64,000 nt of DNA. Origin: Takakia lepidozioides. Lineage: Eukaryota; Plantae; Bryophyta. The DNA lies in NCBI GenBank assembly GCA_030704615.1, contig CM060732.1:28892001-28956000 (forward strand), in the 5' to 3' direction. Position 1 is the stretch's first letter; every line of letters starts with the position of its first letter. The notes under the pieces were generated by a model. It saw nothing but the letters and a program-made list of their open reading frames with translations. It was not told where the DNA came from and did not search any database. Position numbers and translations under genes: made by a program. Below are positions 21,000 to 32,773 of this stretch, piece after piece.

Positions 21000-22590
21000 G
21001 CCGTCAAGTAAAGAAGAACAAACTCGGAAAATATGCCACGCGGAGAGGGGAAGTCAGGGGCATGTCTAGAAATGGACACGTGGCCACTAAGGCGAAGCAC
21101 ACCGCACTGCATCGATTGTAAGAGTGGGTCTCATCATGCAAGAGGACAAATCGGGCTGTCAAAGTACCTACCCGGTACATCAGCTAAGACTATTTGTGGG
21201 CCCATTAATGCATTCAGCAAGGGTAACGGAACCCTTTCCGAGTAAAAAAAAAATGGACCTATGCCACATGTGCTGTCCTACTGGACATTCCAGGTGGGAA
21301 TGTCCACGGAGGGGGGTGGAATTAAGAAGTTACCTAAGCAGGCAACAGCCAATCAGGAATGCAAATTACATGCAGGTGGTTCCCTCCAAGAAACAAGAAC
21401 AAGAAATAAGAAGTGTTATGAGCGGAAGAGTCGGGGTGGCTTCGAATAGCCAGTGTCTCGACAGGAGGGGCAATCAAAGCACTAGCTTTGTAGCTATGGC
21501 GGATGTAACGGATTACACACTCGCTTTACTTCTCACGCAGTGGCGTAAGGACGGACGAATTGAGAGTACATTTTCTCTCACTCGATACTTGCAAGCCCCA
21601 CAGGCTTACACGCACTTACCTGTTCCATTCTGTGCCAACCATACCTTCATGCTCTGTGCCCTGCAAGCTTTCCTTCAGCTGTTTCAAACAAGGCCTTTTT
21701 GTTTGTCTAGAATGAAGAGAGTGAGGGGAATGGAGGATATCAGGGTGAAGAGCACCATGATTCTGCAGAAGTAAACAATTGCTACACCGCAGGCAGTGCA
21801 GCTGCTGAGGGAGTTGCGATTGGATGGGCTGCTACGCAAGGACTGGTCCTTGCATCATCGGCAGTATATGATTCAATTTCTTCAGAACTTTGAACCTCGG
21901 ACGGGAGTTACCCAGGTGAGGGGAGTAGATATAGAAATTACTCCCCAGTACTTGCAGCAATTGTTTGATTTGCCATCAGGTCATGTGGATGTGGATGAGC
22001 ACAGGGCAAGATTGCAGATAGGGAATTTGTTCCAAGAAGGGAGTTTCTTTAAGACTCAAGGTTACGCTTGTACCAAAGCCGAGTACCCAGGGCTCAGAGA
22101 AGTTGGCCAAATATTGAACGTTATGTTTGCCATGAAATAGAACCAACAATATTTGAGCAGGTCATTCACAGAGGAGATCCTGAAAGCTTTGAGGGGAGAG
22201 GATGTAGCTTGGGCGGAGTTAATGTACAATGGTCTGGTGGACGAGATGAAGAGGTTACAGGGCACTGCTGCTAAGTCTCCGATCATTGTGTCTGGTCCAG
22301 TCATTGCCCAAATCATTCTTGACTCTTGCATACTTGATACTCGGGAACGTAAGGAGATGGGAGTGTTTGAGGCAGTAACCACTGCAATTGAAGAGCAGGG
22401 CTCTTCACATAGTGAGGGTGGACTGGCAGGGCAACACCTATCTAAGAGACAGAAGCGGGGTATGACTGTAGTGGTGGATCCACTGGCTTCACGAAAACCG
22501 CAAGATGATGTTTCCCAAGCTCTTGTGCAGGATGGGGCACAACAACACATAGGGCTGTTATTATTGGAAGCACGGCCTTCGGAGAGGGAA
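21000..22590 (+). pseudogene. 3' extra ORF of the gypsy family (decayed, truncated)
   Basis: LRELRLDGLLRKDWSLHHRQYMIQFLQNFEPRTGVTQVRGVDIEITP is homologous to ORF 57512-58558. Confidence 0.8.
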
Positions 22591-23738
22591 CACATAATTT
22601 TGGGGACGAACAGAAGCATAAACTGGGAATTGGAGATAGAGGAAGAGTGGGACACAACAACAAGGATGACCAGCCACATCAAACCGGCCCAGAGGGAGGA
22701 GATACCATGAGGCGTTTTGCCGTCATGGATATCAGATGGCACAGTTTGTTCGATGTGTAGGAATCCATACGGCCCAGAGGGATGTCATGTACTTGGATCA
22801 TGTGGACATATGTTCCATCTCACATGTCTTATCCCGCAAGCCTTGCGGACGAGCGCTTGCCCAGAATGTCGTACACCAATCCATCGCCGTTTCTATGAGC
22901 TGGTGGGCTTGGAGGATCGGATGCCCATAGGTTTTGAATACAATCGACACAACCTCCCATTGGATGAGCTACCATACACATTTCTGAATTGTGTGCATTG
23001 GGGCAAGAACTTGGTATGGGATGCAGACAAAGAGATGCATGACATACATGCCGGAAACCCGGCATACATCAAAGATCCCCAGTATTTCTGGGTCACATCT
23101 GATTGGGAGATAACCATATGTGCGGGAGGTATTCGAGATTGGTGGGAGAGAGAGCAGTTTTGCTGCAATCTGGGAGGGGCATTGGAGTCAAAGAAGGTCC
23201 AGGTTTATCCAGCTCCCACAGGTTCCATGGGTGCCGGAGAAGAACGAATTGTATGACCGACAACCGATTGGGAGACATTTGTCACTGTCCCGAACTGAAA
23301 GATGCTATAATATGTCAACGTCAAATGAATGATGCGTACGAGGCGGCTTATCGTCGAGACGACACAATGATTAGGGTCAGGGCCCGTGAGAGGCAGTTGG
23401 AAAGTTTCAAAAGTACCATCAAGGCAGTTGTAGAGAAATGGAGGCGATTATGGACAGAACGTTATCATCGTGTTTCGGGGGCTGTATTGCCGGATGTGGA
23501 CGGCCTCGTTGCCGATTTGCATGCAGCCCGAGCACTTGTTCTCGATCCACCTCCGCCACGTCGTGAGAGTGAAGAAGAAAGTCAACTTTCGCTGCGAAGT
23601 AGACGGATGCAGGCCAGAATTGATCACATGTCATTGGGCCCCTCATTGACCACGAGATCACGGTCGCAAGCTCTGGCAATTGGCAGTGCAAATCAGGCCA
23701 CAACATCAAATTCCACATCCTCGGACAGTGACGACTAG
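22591..23738 (+). pseudogene. RING-H2 finger protein fragment, probably cargo of the CACTA element (one stop, one frameshift)
   Basis: CSMC...CGHMFHLTC...CPEC, a C3H2C3 pattern; the reading continues in ORF 23103-23738. Confidence 0.7.
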
Positions 23739-24164
23739 GCTTTTAATGACTGGCAGCGTAGTACATATACAATATGCATTTTTGTTGTACCTTGAATATT
23801 GTTGGAAAACACAGTGATGGCATTCCGCCAAGTTTGTATATCACCAATTTTGTTAATACACAATGCACATGTGTGGCACCACCTGCCAATTTCAATTGCA
23901 TGAGCAGCGTTTTCTTCACATTTACACTCATGTGATGGGGAAGAAGTAGTTCACCATGTAAACAAATTTACAATGGTGTCATATTTGGTCATGACATGTA
24001 TATGAGTGCAGAACAAGGAAAATTGATGTTAACAAATAAGTTATAACGAGTTACGAACGGTCCTCTTCCAAACAAATTTCGCCTGGTCCCTGTGTATTTC
24101 ATAATCATTTCGCAAAATCTATGATCTTTCTACGAACATACCCACAAAGTTCTCAAAGCACAAA

Positions 24165-25530
24165 ATAATTTCGATTGATCTCATATTACACTGGGACATA
24201 TCAGAGGGTACATTGAACACACTGGCCAAGTTTCAAATCAAACGAAAATCATTTGGATGGGCAACCATCCGTTGGCCCATTGAACGAATTTCAATTGAAC
24301 TCATATTACTCTGGGGCCTCTTACATGGCACATTGAACATAGTGCCCAAGTCTTAAAGCGAACCAAAATCATTTCGATGGCCAACCATCCGTTGAGCCAT
24401 CGAATGAATATTAGTCCGGGACCTGTGAAAGGGTGTCAGGAACGTGCTGGCAAAGTTTGGAAGCTAACAAAAATGATTTGGATGGGCAACCATCCGTTCA
24501 TCCGTTGAATGTATTCTGTTGGAGCTGCTATTGCTTTGGGACCTGTTGGACTGTGTTTCGCGTACTCACGATTTTTTTTTTCATTCTGTTTTTGAATGGG
24601 CGTGTAATGTAGCCATATGCAACGTGCATGCCAAATTTGGGAGCGATCAAAATTCATCTGGACCCAAAACCACAGTTTCTTCCCTGTTTTGAACTCCAAA
24701 CTTGATTTGTGTTCTACTTCGTGCACTCTTTATAGGAGAGTTCTGCAATAGTGAGCGAAAGAGAACACTTTTTTTTTGGGGCATTTTTTATTGGTCCAAA
24801 TTTTGGCGGAGAGTAGCCGTGGGATGCTGGAAGCCGCAGAACAAAATTGAGCCAAAAACAAAATCGATACGTGCCAGAAACCCCCAATGAAAGGCAGTGC
24901 AAACCTATTTATTGGCTTAAAATAAATTGAAATTCAATTAAATTGTGGAATGGCTTGAGGGGGGAGCGTGTCGATGGGGAGGCAAATGATTTATTCGTCT
25001 GTTGTGTCTCCGCACATGTGTCGCACACATGTTCAAGCACATGTGGGCAAAAGAAGGGCTTCAACCACATCCGTTCAATGGGTGCAATAGCCGTGCACGC
25101 ATTGCAAGATTTCTTTTTCGCATTGAACAAAAACCAGATGACAAGTGAACGCCTCATTGGACAATCGAACGATTTTCGATTGATCTCGTATTACACCGGG
25201 ACGTATCAGAGGGTACATTGAACACATTGGCCAAGTTTCAAAGCGAACGAAAATCATTTGGATGGGCAACCATCCGTTGGCCCATTGAACGAATTTCGAT
25301 TGAACTCATATTACTCTGGGGCCTCTTACATGGCACATTGAACATAGTGGCCAAGTCTCAAAGCGAACCAAAATCATTTCGATGGCCAACCATCCGTTGA
25401 GCCATCGAATGAATTTCGATTGATCTGATATTAGTCCGAGACCTGATACATGGTATGTTGAACATAGTGACAAAAATTGAAAGCAAACAAAAATCATTTG
25501 GATGGGCAACCATTCAATTGCCCATTGAAT
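24165..25530 (+). repeat. Two blocks (24165-24520 and 25170-25530) of ~120-bp tandem units
   Basis: AAAATCATTTGGATGGGCAACCATCCGTT and CATTGAACA...CCAAGT recur about three times per block. Confidence 0.8.
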
Positions 25531-28500
25531 GAATGGGGTTTCGTCTTCGATTATACTAGGACTTGTTACATGGTATGCCCTTTGAAGCTCTTTTTGTAGT
25601 GTCTCCTGCCTCGTAATGCGGTGCTTCTCCATGTCCACTTTATCCAATATGTTAATATTCTCCACCTGGAACAGATCCACATATGTGTGCAAAAATCCTT
25701 TAAAAAACAAATGACCATCTCATTATAAGCCTCATCCCCAGCTTCCAGTTTTGATGGTCATTTGTTTTTTTAAGTTATATACGCATGTGTGGGATATGTT
25801 CAAGATGAAAGATATTAGCATTGGAAAAATAAGAGTTGGAGAAGCACCTCATTATGAAGCAAGAGACATTACAGAAGACCTCAGCATGTTGAACATCTGG
25901 ATGAAGAACCTTGCCCATCGTCGCTTCAAAGTTGTAGCACTTCTGAAATGATCACATGTTTGTTGGTGGAAGCAGATCTCGTAGGCCACATTGATCTCGT
26001 ACCCATCGAAGACTCTCGTAGGCCACATGGAACGGTTCATGTGATACATTTTCACAAATGCGATGTGATACATTTGTGAAATGATATCACATCAACTGTT
26101 TAATGTGGCCAATGCACGTCTTCTGCACCATGGCGGAAATGTTCGCCACTTAAAAGCACAAACACAAATAATCCGTGCAAACAATTTCAAGAATCATATG
26201 TACTGCAAGGTGTTTCATACTCCCGATGTTTATATAGCAGAATTATTTAGGAATCGTATTGCTACTCCCATGCCAACAACATCAGGTCCATTGCGACTGC
26301 CATATTCCGAATTCCGTATCAGCCACCACGGACATGAAACCAAGAACTTCGCACAAAATTTCCAATTCATTCAATTTATGGTGGGCCATGGCTACAGCCT
26401 GCAAGCTGGCCGGAGTGGCTGGTACGTCCGTTTGAACATGACAGTCTCAGAGGACGTTGGCATGGGAATAGTAAAAAGAGTACTACAGAATTCAGCTAGA
26501 AGAACAACAATAGCATGAAACACCTTACCGTAAATATGATTGTTGACATTGGTTGTGACAGCTCAAATCAATAGAGAACTCGCACCATCAGTTGCGCTCC
26601 AATAGCAGTACCGGTCCCCCGAGTAAATAAAATTCCGTTGTAAATAATAAATTGCATACGCTCGAACCTCACAAATGTCATTTCAACAAAACCGGCCGTG
26701 TATTGTGGCACTGTTTGTAACTGCGAATGTTTCAATGTTTCTGAAAGGATACTTAGAAAATGATATATTGGATCCATAGGAGTTAGACAACAAACGTTCC
26801 ATATCTCATTTAACTGTGCGATACTACCATGAGTGGCATGGATTAAAATGTAATAGGTGTACATGCGACCTCCGCACGTTTAAATAGAGACCTAGTATCA
26901 AACGTTCGGAGGTCGCATGTGCACCTATTACTTTCCGATCCATGCCTCTCATGGTAGTGTTGCACAGTTGAATGAGAGGAGACGTTTGTTGTCTAACTCA
27001 TACGGAATAGCTTGTATATGGTGTTGGCCAGTGCTATGGGCCTATAATTACTGAGATCTGTAGGGTCGCCGTTTTCTCTTCCTCCGCCCCCCAGACGATC
27101 CCGCCCCAGAACTTGAATTCACAACCCCCGACATTGTATAAACCTTTGCCCACTACAGGGTCCAAAACCTCAAAAAAATGGCAATGAACGCATGTGGATG
27201 GTGTCTTCGTAGTTTTCTGCAAAAAAACAAGCCGCCGGAGATCCGGAAACGGCAAAATGGTGATACGATGATTGTACCGTGAACAAGTGTGTGGGACTGA
27301 CCAATAGAAAACCGACAAACCCTCCCCCCCCCAAATAATCACCTTTGCACCTCCCGTTGGCAGTGACAAACAACGAAGTCCGAAAGGACTACAGGATGCC
27401 AAAGAACCGCACCACAAGAGGGGCGAAAGTGATCAGAAAAGGAGGGGGGAATGGTTTATATAGGCGCCCACCAGCGCCCCCCCCCCAAAGAAATGGCATT
27501 ATGCTTGAAAAGGCGCGACAGGCCAGTCGCACCTCGCCACGCGCACCCACATGGGAGAGGTCAAGGGTTCAAAACCACCTCCCCCCATCCCATTTGTTTC
27601 GTTTAACCTGACCCGTGGCACCTTGCCACGTGGCTGGCCGAGGCGCCGCTTCATGATTAGAAATAAACAACAAAACACCACACGGCGGGTCTCTGGATTT
27701 CTAAGAAAAAAAAAAACACGCGACCACTGCATGGCGGTCGCTACTGTAGAGAGCACATGTCTCTCTTACACAGCGGCTGACATAGACCCGTTCAGTCATT
27801 CCGTAAAGCCAACGTGTATGACTACCCCCATAGCTGCTCAGGCGCCACATCACAACCAAGCTGGCGAGTCATATCTGCCATGCCACAACTGACTAGGGTT
27901 TTACGACTGCAGAGTCATGAAGTCGTAAATGGCTTTCATAACTGCATTTGCAGTCATAACATAGAGTTGTAAAAGCCGCAATCTGTTGTAGTGTGGTTTT
28001 GCCCGTGTTGGTTGTAACGCCATCTATGGCCCTACCTCCTGCCCACTGACAGGTGCTGGCCCCCTTGCTGGTGCTGGTCTTTGAGGACCTGTTGTAGTTG
28101 TGGTGGAACTTCCACCAAGTGTTGGCCCCTGAGCACTCCCTGCTACTGGCCCCACTATATTCACAGTATTCCCAGCTCCAGTTGCACTACTTCCCACACT
28201 CCCTGTCCCCCCAGAGCCAGATCCAGGCTGCCTGCCTGATCCCCCTGAGCCGACACCTTCGTTGGCCTGTGATCCAAGTGCTCCACTTGATCCAGGTCCA
28301 ATGGGTTGGGATGTCCTGGTTGTAGTCTCAACCTCAGCTCTTGGGTCTACTTCTTCATACTCTTCCTCTTCCAATTTCTTCTCTCTGTTTTCATCCTCCA
28401 AGTTCTGCCCTTGGGTTTCTTCTTCACTCATGTAACTCAATTTCTTGCTTTTGGTGTTCCATGCCAACTCTTATCAAAGATTTTTGTCAAATCTTTTATC

Positions 28501-29339
28501 CAGGGATGTACCTCAGATCTTTCACCTCATGGTTGATCTTCTTCCTCTACCAATTCCCTTAATCTTTCTTGCAAAGAAAAAGAAGGAGTGGCATCCAACT
28601 CTAGTTCTTCCGGTATGGATGATGTACTCTCTGATCTTAATGGTGTGAGAGGTCCAGATGATTCCCCTATGTCTATTCCTCTCTCCCAAAGATATGGATA
28701 ATTATCTTTCAGATAACTTTCTCTTTTTGCTGAATATCTCTGGAGTCTAGCTTCTCTTTCATCACTCATGTCCCATGTCTTTCATTTCTTTAATGTGGCA
28801 ATAACCAAAACTCTCTTCTGTAGTATCTCTCGTATATGCCGGGGTTTCTTTCAAGCTTCAATGCACCCTTGGCTATACTAGAAGTCTCTGTTACCATATA
28901 ACCATATGGCAAACAAGTCTAGAAAACCGTTCTTGGTGTGAGTTTCATCCACAGAATATCCTTTGGAATCCAATTCTTTACCAGTACAAGCTCCTCATGC
29001 ATATGAGTATAAACATTCACCTTCCTTTCCTCCCAGCCTTCAAACTCTACTCGCTTAATGGATAACAATGCTATCACATAAACCAGTGTTGGTAACCAAC
29101 GTACTCTTCCTCTACAGGCCACCTGATAAATCTTTATCACTCCTTTCTCCAGACCCCACTCAGGGTCAGCATCATGCACTATCTTAAGAATGTTTTCTTT
29201 ACAACCGTCTAGCAATTCCAAGAACCTCTGAAAGAATTGTTTGGACAATCTTTCCTTCTCAGTTTCACAGGGAATCTGATTCACATCAAGTTCTTTAATT
29301 CTCCAACCACCATGATCCCACCAGATGTCTGTCACATCT

Positions 29340-30043
29340 GGTTAGACGCGGCAGAGTTCTGTTATAATAACACAGAACACTCCGCAACGGGAGTTTCCCC
29401 TTTCGTATTGGTCTATGGAAAAGCACCTCTGGTGCCGACAAGTTGGGCCGCCCAGGACGTTGAGGAACCGGCAGTAGCGGCGGTACTGGAAGAACGCGAG
29501 CGTTTGTTGAAGCTCGCAAAGTACAACATTGCCAAAGCTAGGAAACGGTATGAAAGGCAGGCGAATCGGAAGCGGAGGGAAGTGAAGTTTGAGGTAGGCA
29601 CAGAGGTCTGGTTGAACATCAAGAATTTCCGACTACCTCCGGAAGTGAGTCTAAAGTTCGTACCTCCGTATGCGGGTCCCTTTCGCATTCGGAAGGTTAT
29701 GAAAGAGGATGTGTATGAATTGGAGCTGCCGGCAAACAGCAAGGTGCACCCAGTATTCCATGTCTCCCTTTTGAAGCCTTACTTCAAAGATGAAGCACGT
29801 CCGAATCGGCATCAAGTGTTGCGTCCGCCACCTATGCTGTTGGATCATGAAAATGAACCTGAGTACGAAGTGGAGGCAATACTTAAGTCGAGGAGGTTCA
29901 AGAATCGAGAAACGGAGTATCTCGTCAAATGGAAGGGCTATCATCATGTGGAGGCGTCTTGGGTGCGTGCCTCAGAAATGGGAAACGCATCCGAGGCAGT
30001 TGCAGCGTTCGAAGGGCGACCTCAAAAGCGGAAGAAACGTTGA
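29340..30043 (+). CDS. Chromovirus integrase C-terminus with GPY/F motif and chromodomain (5'-truncated)
   Basis: AEFCYNNTEHSATGVSPF, YAGPFRI, VHPVFHVSLLKPY, EYEVEAIL...YLVKWKGY...SW. Confidence 0.92.
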
Positions 30044-30077
30044 TGGGGACATCAACCTTGGAGCGTGGGGGAGGAAA

Positions 30078-31594
30078 TGCATGCTTAGCCTGGTTTAGCT
30101 AGCTCAGGAATCCGATTGCAAAAACTTGTATTGTACAAAAATTTGTTATAAAGGAAATGGGTTCCAAATATTGTGCGTCCTATTGTGTTTGGAATGGTGA
30201 TGCATGGTGTGGTTGGCTAGTGTGTAGAATGCATGCTAGCTTACAAAAGTGGGAGAGGTAAATTGGGTTAATCGTGTGTTTGCGCAGTGCCGAAATCAGG
30301 TGACTCCCATCCAAGGGGCAAGGAAACTTGCGCCTTCTTTGGGAGTTCACGTGCTAGTGCGCACCTGGCACGTGCGCGTACTATAACTGCGCTACCGAGG
30401 GGGTTGCCTTGTAGTGCGGGCTAACGCGAAAGCTACGTGCTTCCGTTCACGTACTATAATCATGTAGCCTCGGGACGAAGTCGTAGTGCGGCTTCGGCGT
30501 GTTCCCGTACCTCAGGCCAGCATTCCAAGGCGGACCCAATTGTAGTGATTGGGGCGCACGGTTGGTTCAAGGTTATCTTCTTAGTCAAAGAGGGTTCCAG
30601 GTGAACCCTTGCTCAAGGTGATGCCAAAAGCGGCATCATGAGCGATCGCAAGCAAATGTTGTTGCAGTAAGGCGATTCGATCCTCGGGGAGGATCGTTCC
30701 TTGGCCTTGAAGTAGGCCAAGAAGAGTGCACTGGGAGGAGCTGGAGAGGCTCCACCCTTGGCCGGGACTTGGAGGAAGTCGGCCGAACTAGCTAGTGGAG
30801 AGTAGAGTCAAGTGTGGGGTTTGGTTCTTTGCCATGGGACGCCATGGTACAGAAACAAACTCCTTGATGTGGGACGCCACAACTTGGATGTTCGTTTCTA
30901 CAAAATGGACAAGTCGATGAGGACATCGACTCCCTGTTGGTAAGGGTGTGTGTCGCGGCCCTTTGCCTTGAGGGCAGGGGGTCGGGACACATGAGGGGCT
31001 GCCCCTGTGGTGGGGGCAGTGGCAGCGATAGGTATGGGGGGGCTGAAGCACCCTTGAGTGCCCAAGGCACTCAGGGAAGCGGAGGCGCTCACTAGGTGGA
31101 GCCCCGCACACCGGGTTGCGGTGGGGGTGGCTCCACAAGGGGTGGTGGTAGCTTAGTGGGACTTAGTGGGGGTGGCATAGGACTCACCATGGGGGCGGAG
31201 ACCTCGTGGTGGGAGTCGTGGGGAGTCTTGGGACTCATCACGGTCCATAGGGGCCGTGGTGAGCGGGCCAAGACTCACTGCGACTCACCACCGGGAATCG
31301 AGGGTCTTCGTGGTGGTTCGCCATAAAATGGCATGGCTGGTTGTGAAACCCCCGCGGACAGCTACAGAAGTATATATAGGGAGTAGTAACCCCGAGAACG
31401 GTGCAAGCCCGTTGGTGACCAAAAACTAATGAGTAAGCGAGCGAGCCGGAAAGCGACCAAAGAGTGGGGACGTTATGTCCCGGTGAGCAGCCGAAGCTCC
31501 AAGTTGGCCCGGCGGCCGGTTGGGAGTCAGGCGCGTGCATCAAAGCGAGTAACTATGACTTGAGGGGGAGCTTACCGAAGTGAGGTGCGCGACA
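30078..31594 (+). mobile_element. 3' LTR of the chromovirus
   Basis: Follows the purine tract GGGGGAGGAAA; starts TG and ends GCGCGACA exactly where host gypsy sequence resumes. Confidence 0.7.
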
Positions 31595-31760
31595 GTTTTC
31601 TTTACAACCGTCTGGCAATTCCAAGAACCTCTGAAAGAATTGTTTGGACAATCTTTCCTTCTCAGTTTCACAAGGAATTTGATTCACATCAAATTCTTTA
31701 ATTCTCCAACCACCATGATCCCACCAGATGCCTGTCACATCTGGTTGTTCATGACCCAGT

Positions 31761-31778
31761 TCCCCAGTATGGTCGCCA
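31761..31778 (-). promoter_or_regulatory. Primer-binding site TGGCGACCATACTGGGGA (resembles tRNA-Arg-type PBSs)
   Basis: Starts 2 nt after the LTR end with TGG. The tRNA identity is from recollection and was not checked. Confidence 0.7.
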
Positions 31779-31780
31779 AA

Positions 31781-32688
31781 TGTCGAGCGGCTTTTACTCA
31801 CCCATCCCTTCGCTATCCGAGGTCGAAACTCCAAAGATAGAAGAGTTGGATATTTGTAAGCACTCAGCCCGCTCAGAACAATTAGCCATGACCTGCAGCT
31901 AGTGAATCATGGTTGTGCTTCCTATTTGTATTCCTTCTTGCCTTCATGTTATCAGTTTACCTTACCATGTATTCTGAAGCTTCAGATTGCTTTAGTAACT
32001 ACTAAGTTCCAGTTAATCATGCATTCATTCCACGGCTTCTCTCGTGTCTCTCTACATAGTATGTTTGTATCGATTCAGTATTGGATTAAGATTAATCACG
32101 TATCATGCCTATGTCATGATGTCTCTATTCTATCCTACTGTATAATTCTACATCTTGCATGAACTAAGCCTCATTCAAGTCATCATCTCTTCTACACGTC
32201 TCCCCCTCTCCTGAACAAGTCGCCCTCCTCCAGAGATGATCCCCGTCCCGTTGCCGCTCTCCTAATCTACCCGCAAGCTATCTAACCACCTAACTAACTA
32301 ACCGTCACCCCTGAAATAACACGTTCCCTCTGCAGACGTCGTTCCCTGTCAATGATAACTGTTCCCCATGTACTGTGACAGGCTGTGTCAAGCTGTGCCG
32401 AGCTGTGACTGGCTGTGTAAAGTTGTGTCGGGCTGTGACTGGCTGTGCGAAGATGTGTCAGGCTGTGATAGACTGTGACGGGTTGTGACTGGCTGTGCGA
32501 AGCTCTGTCGGGCTGTGACTAGCTGTGTCGGGCTGTGTCGGGCTGTGCGAAGCTGTGTCGGGCTGTGTGACCCCCGTAAAGCCTGCTTCTGCCACCCCTA
32601 AGACTCATGTTGGTCTCAGTCTGCGCAAAAATTAAGGGTACCCCATAGAATCCGTAAAAGCATCTAAGTCCCAAGCAGCCCTCTAACA
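31781..32688 (-). mobile_element. 5' LTR of the large gypsy family (TGTTAG...CGACA) with an internal CACAGC minisatellite (~32375-32570)
   Basis: Both termini match the LTR at 53232-54305. Confidence 0.9.
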
Positions 32689-32773
32689 ACTTGCTCATGT
32701 TTGTGTTCGGTGATTTGCTTGTGGAATGGAAAACAATTGTGCCATGCTTCCAACTGTGCATTCATTTTTATTT

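Larger units (their letters stand above)
15685..22590 (+). mobile_element. Large non-chromoviral Ty3/gypsy element, copy 1: decayed gag-pol plus the start of the 3' extra ORF
   Basis: Colinear with the minus-strand copy at 53232-64000; many stops and frameshifts; homology ends at ...PSERE (22590). Confidence 0.93.
22591..27993 (-). mobile_element. CACTA transposon left arm (TIR at 27993 reading inward on the minus strand; inner extent inferred)
   Basis: Minus strand reads CCA-CACTACAACAGATTGCGGCTTTTA; subterminal repeats at 27780-27990. No transposase ORF recognised. Confidence 0.7.
27994..32688 (-). mobile_element. 5' part of the large gypsy element: 5' LTR, PBS, 5' extra ORF and gag start, interrupted by a chromovirus fragment
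   Basis: LTR homologous to 53232-54305; PBS; ORF remnants 28919-29335, 28527-28769 and 28024-28467; ends MALQPTRAKP at the CACTA TIR. Confidence 0.85.

Noticed and set aside
31781-32688. Solo LTR
   Set aside because: The flanks (CCAAA and ACTTG) are not a TSD, and a PBS plus internal sequence follows on the minus strand, so it is a 5' LTR.
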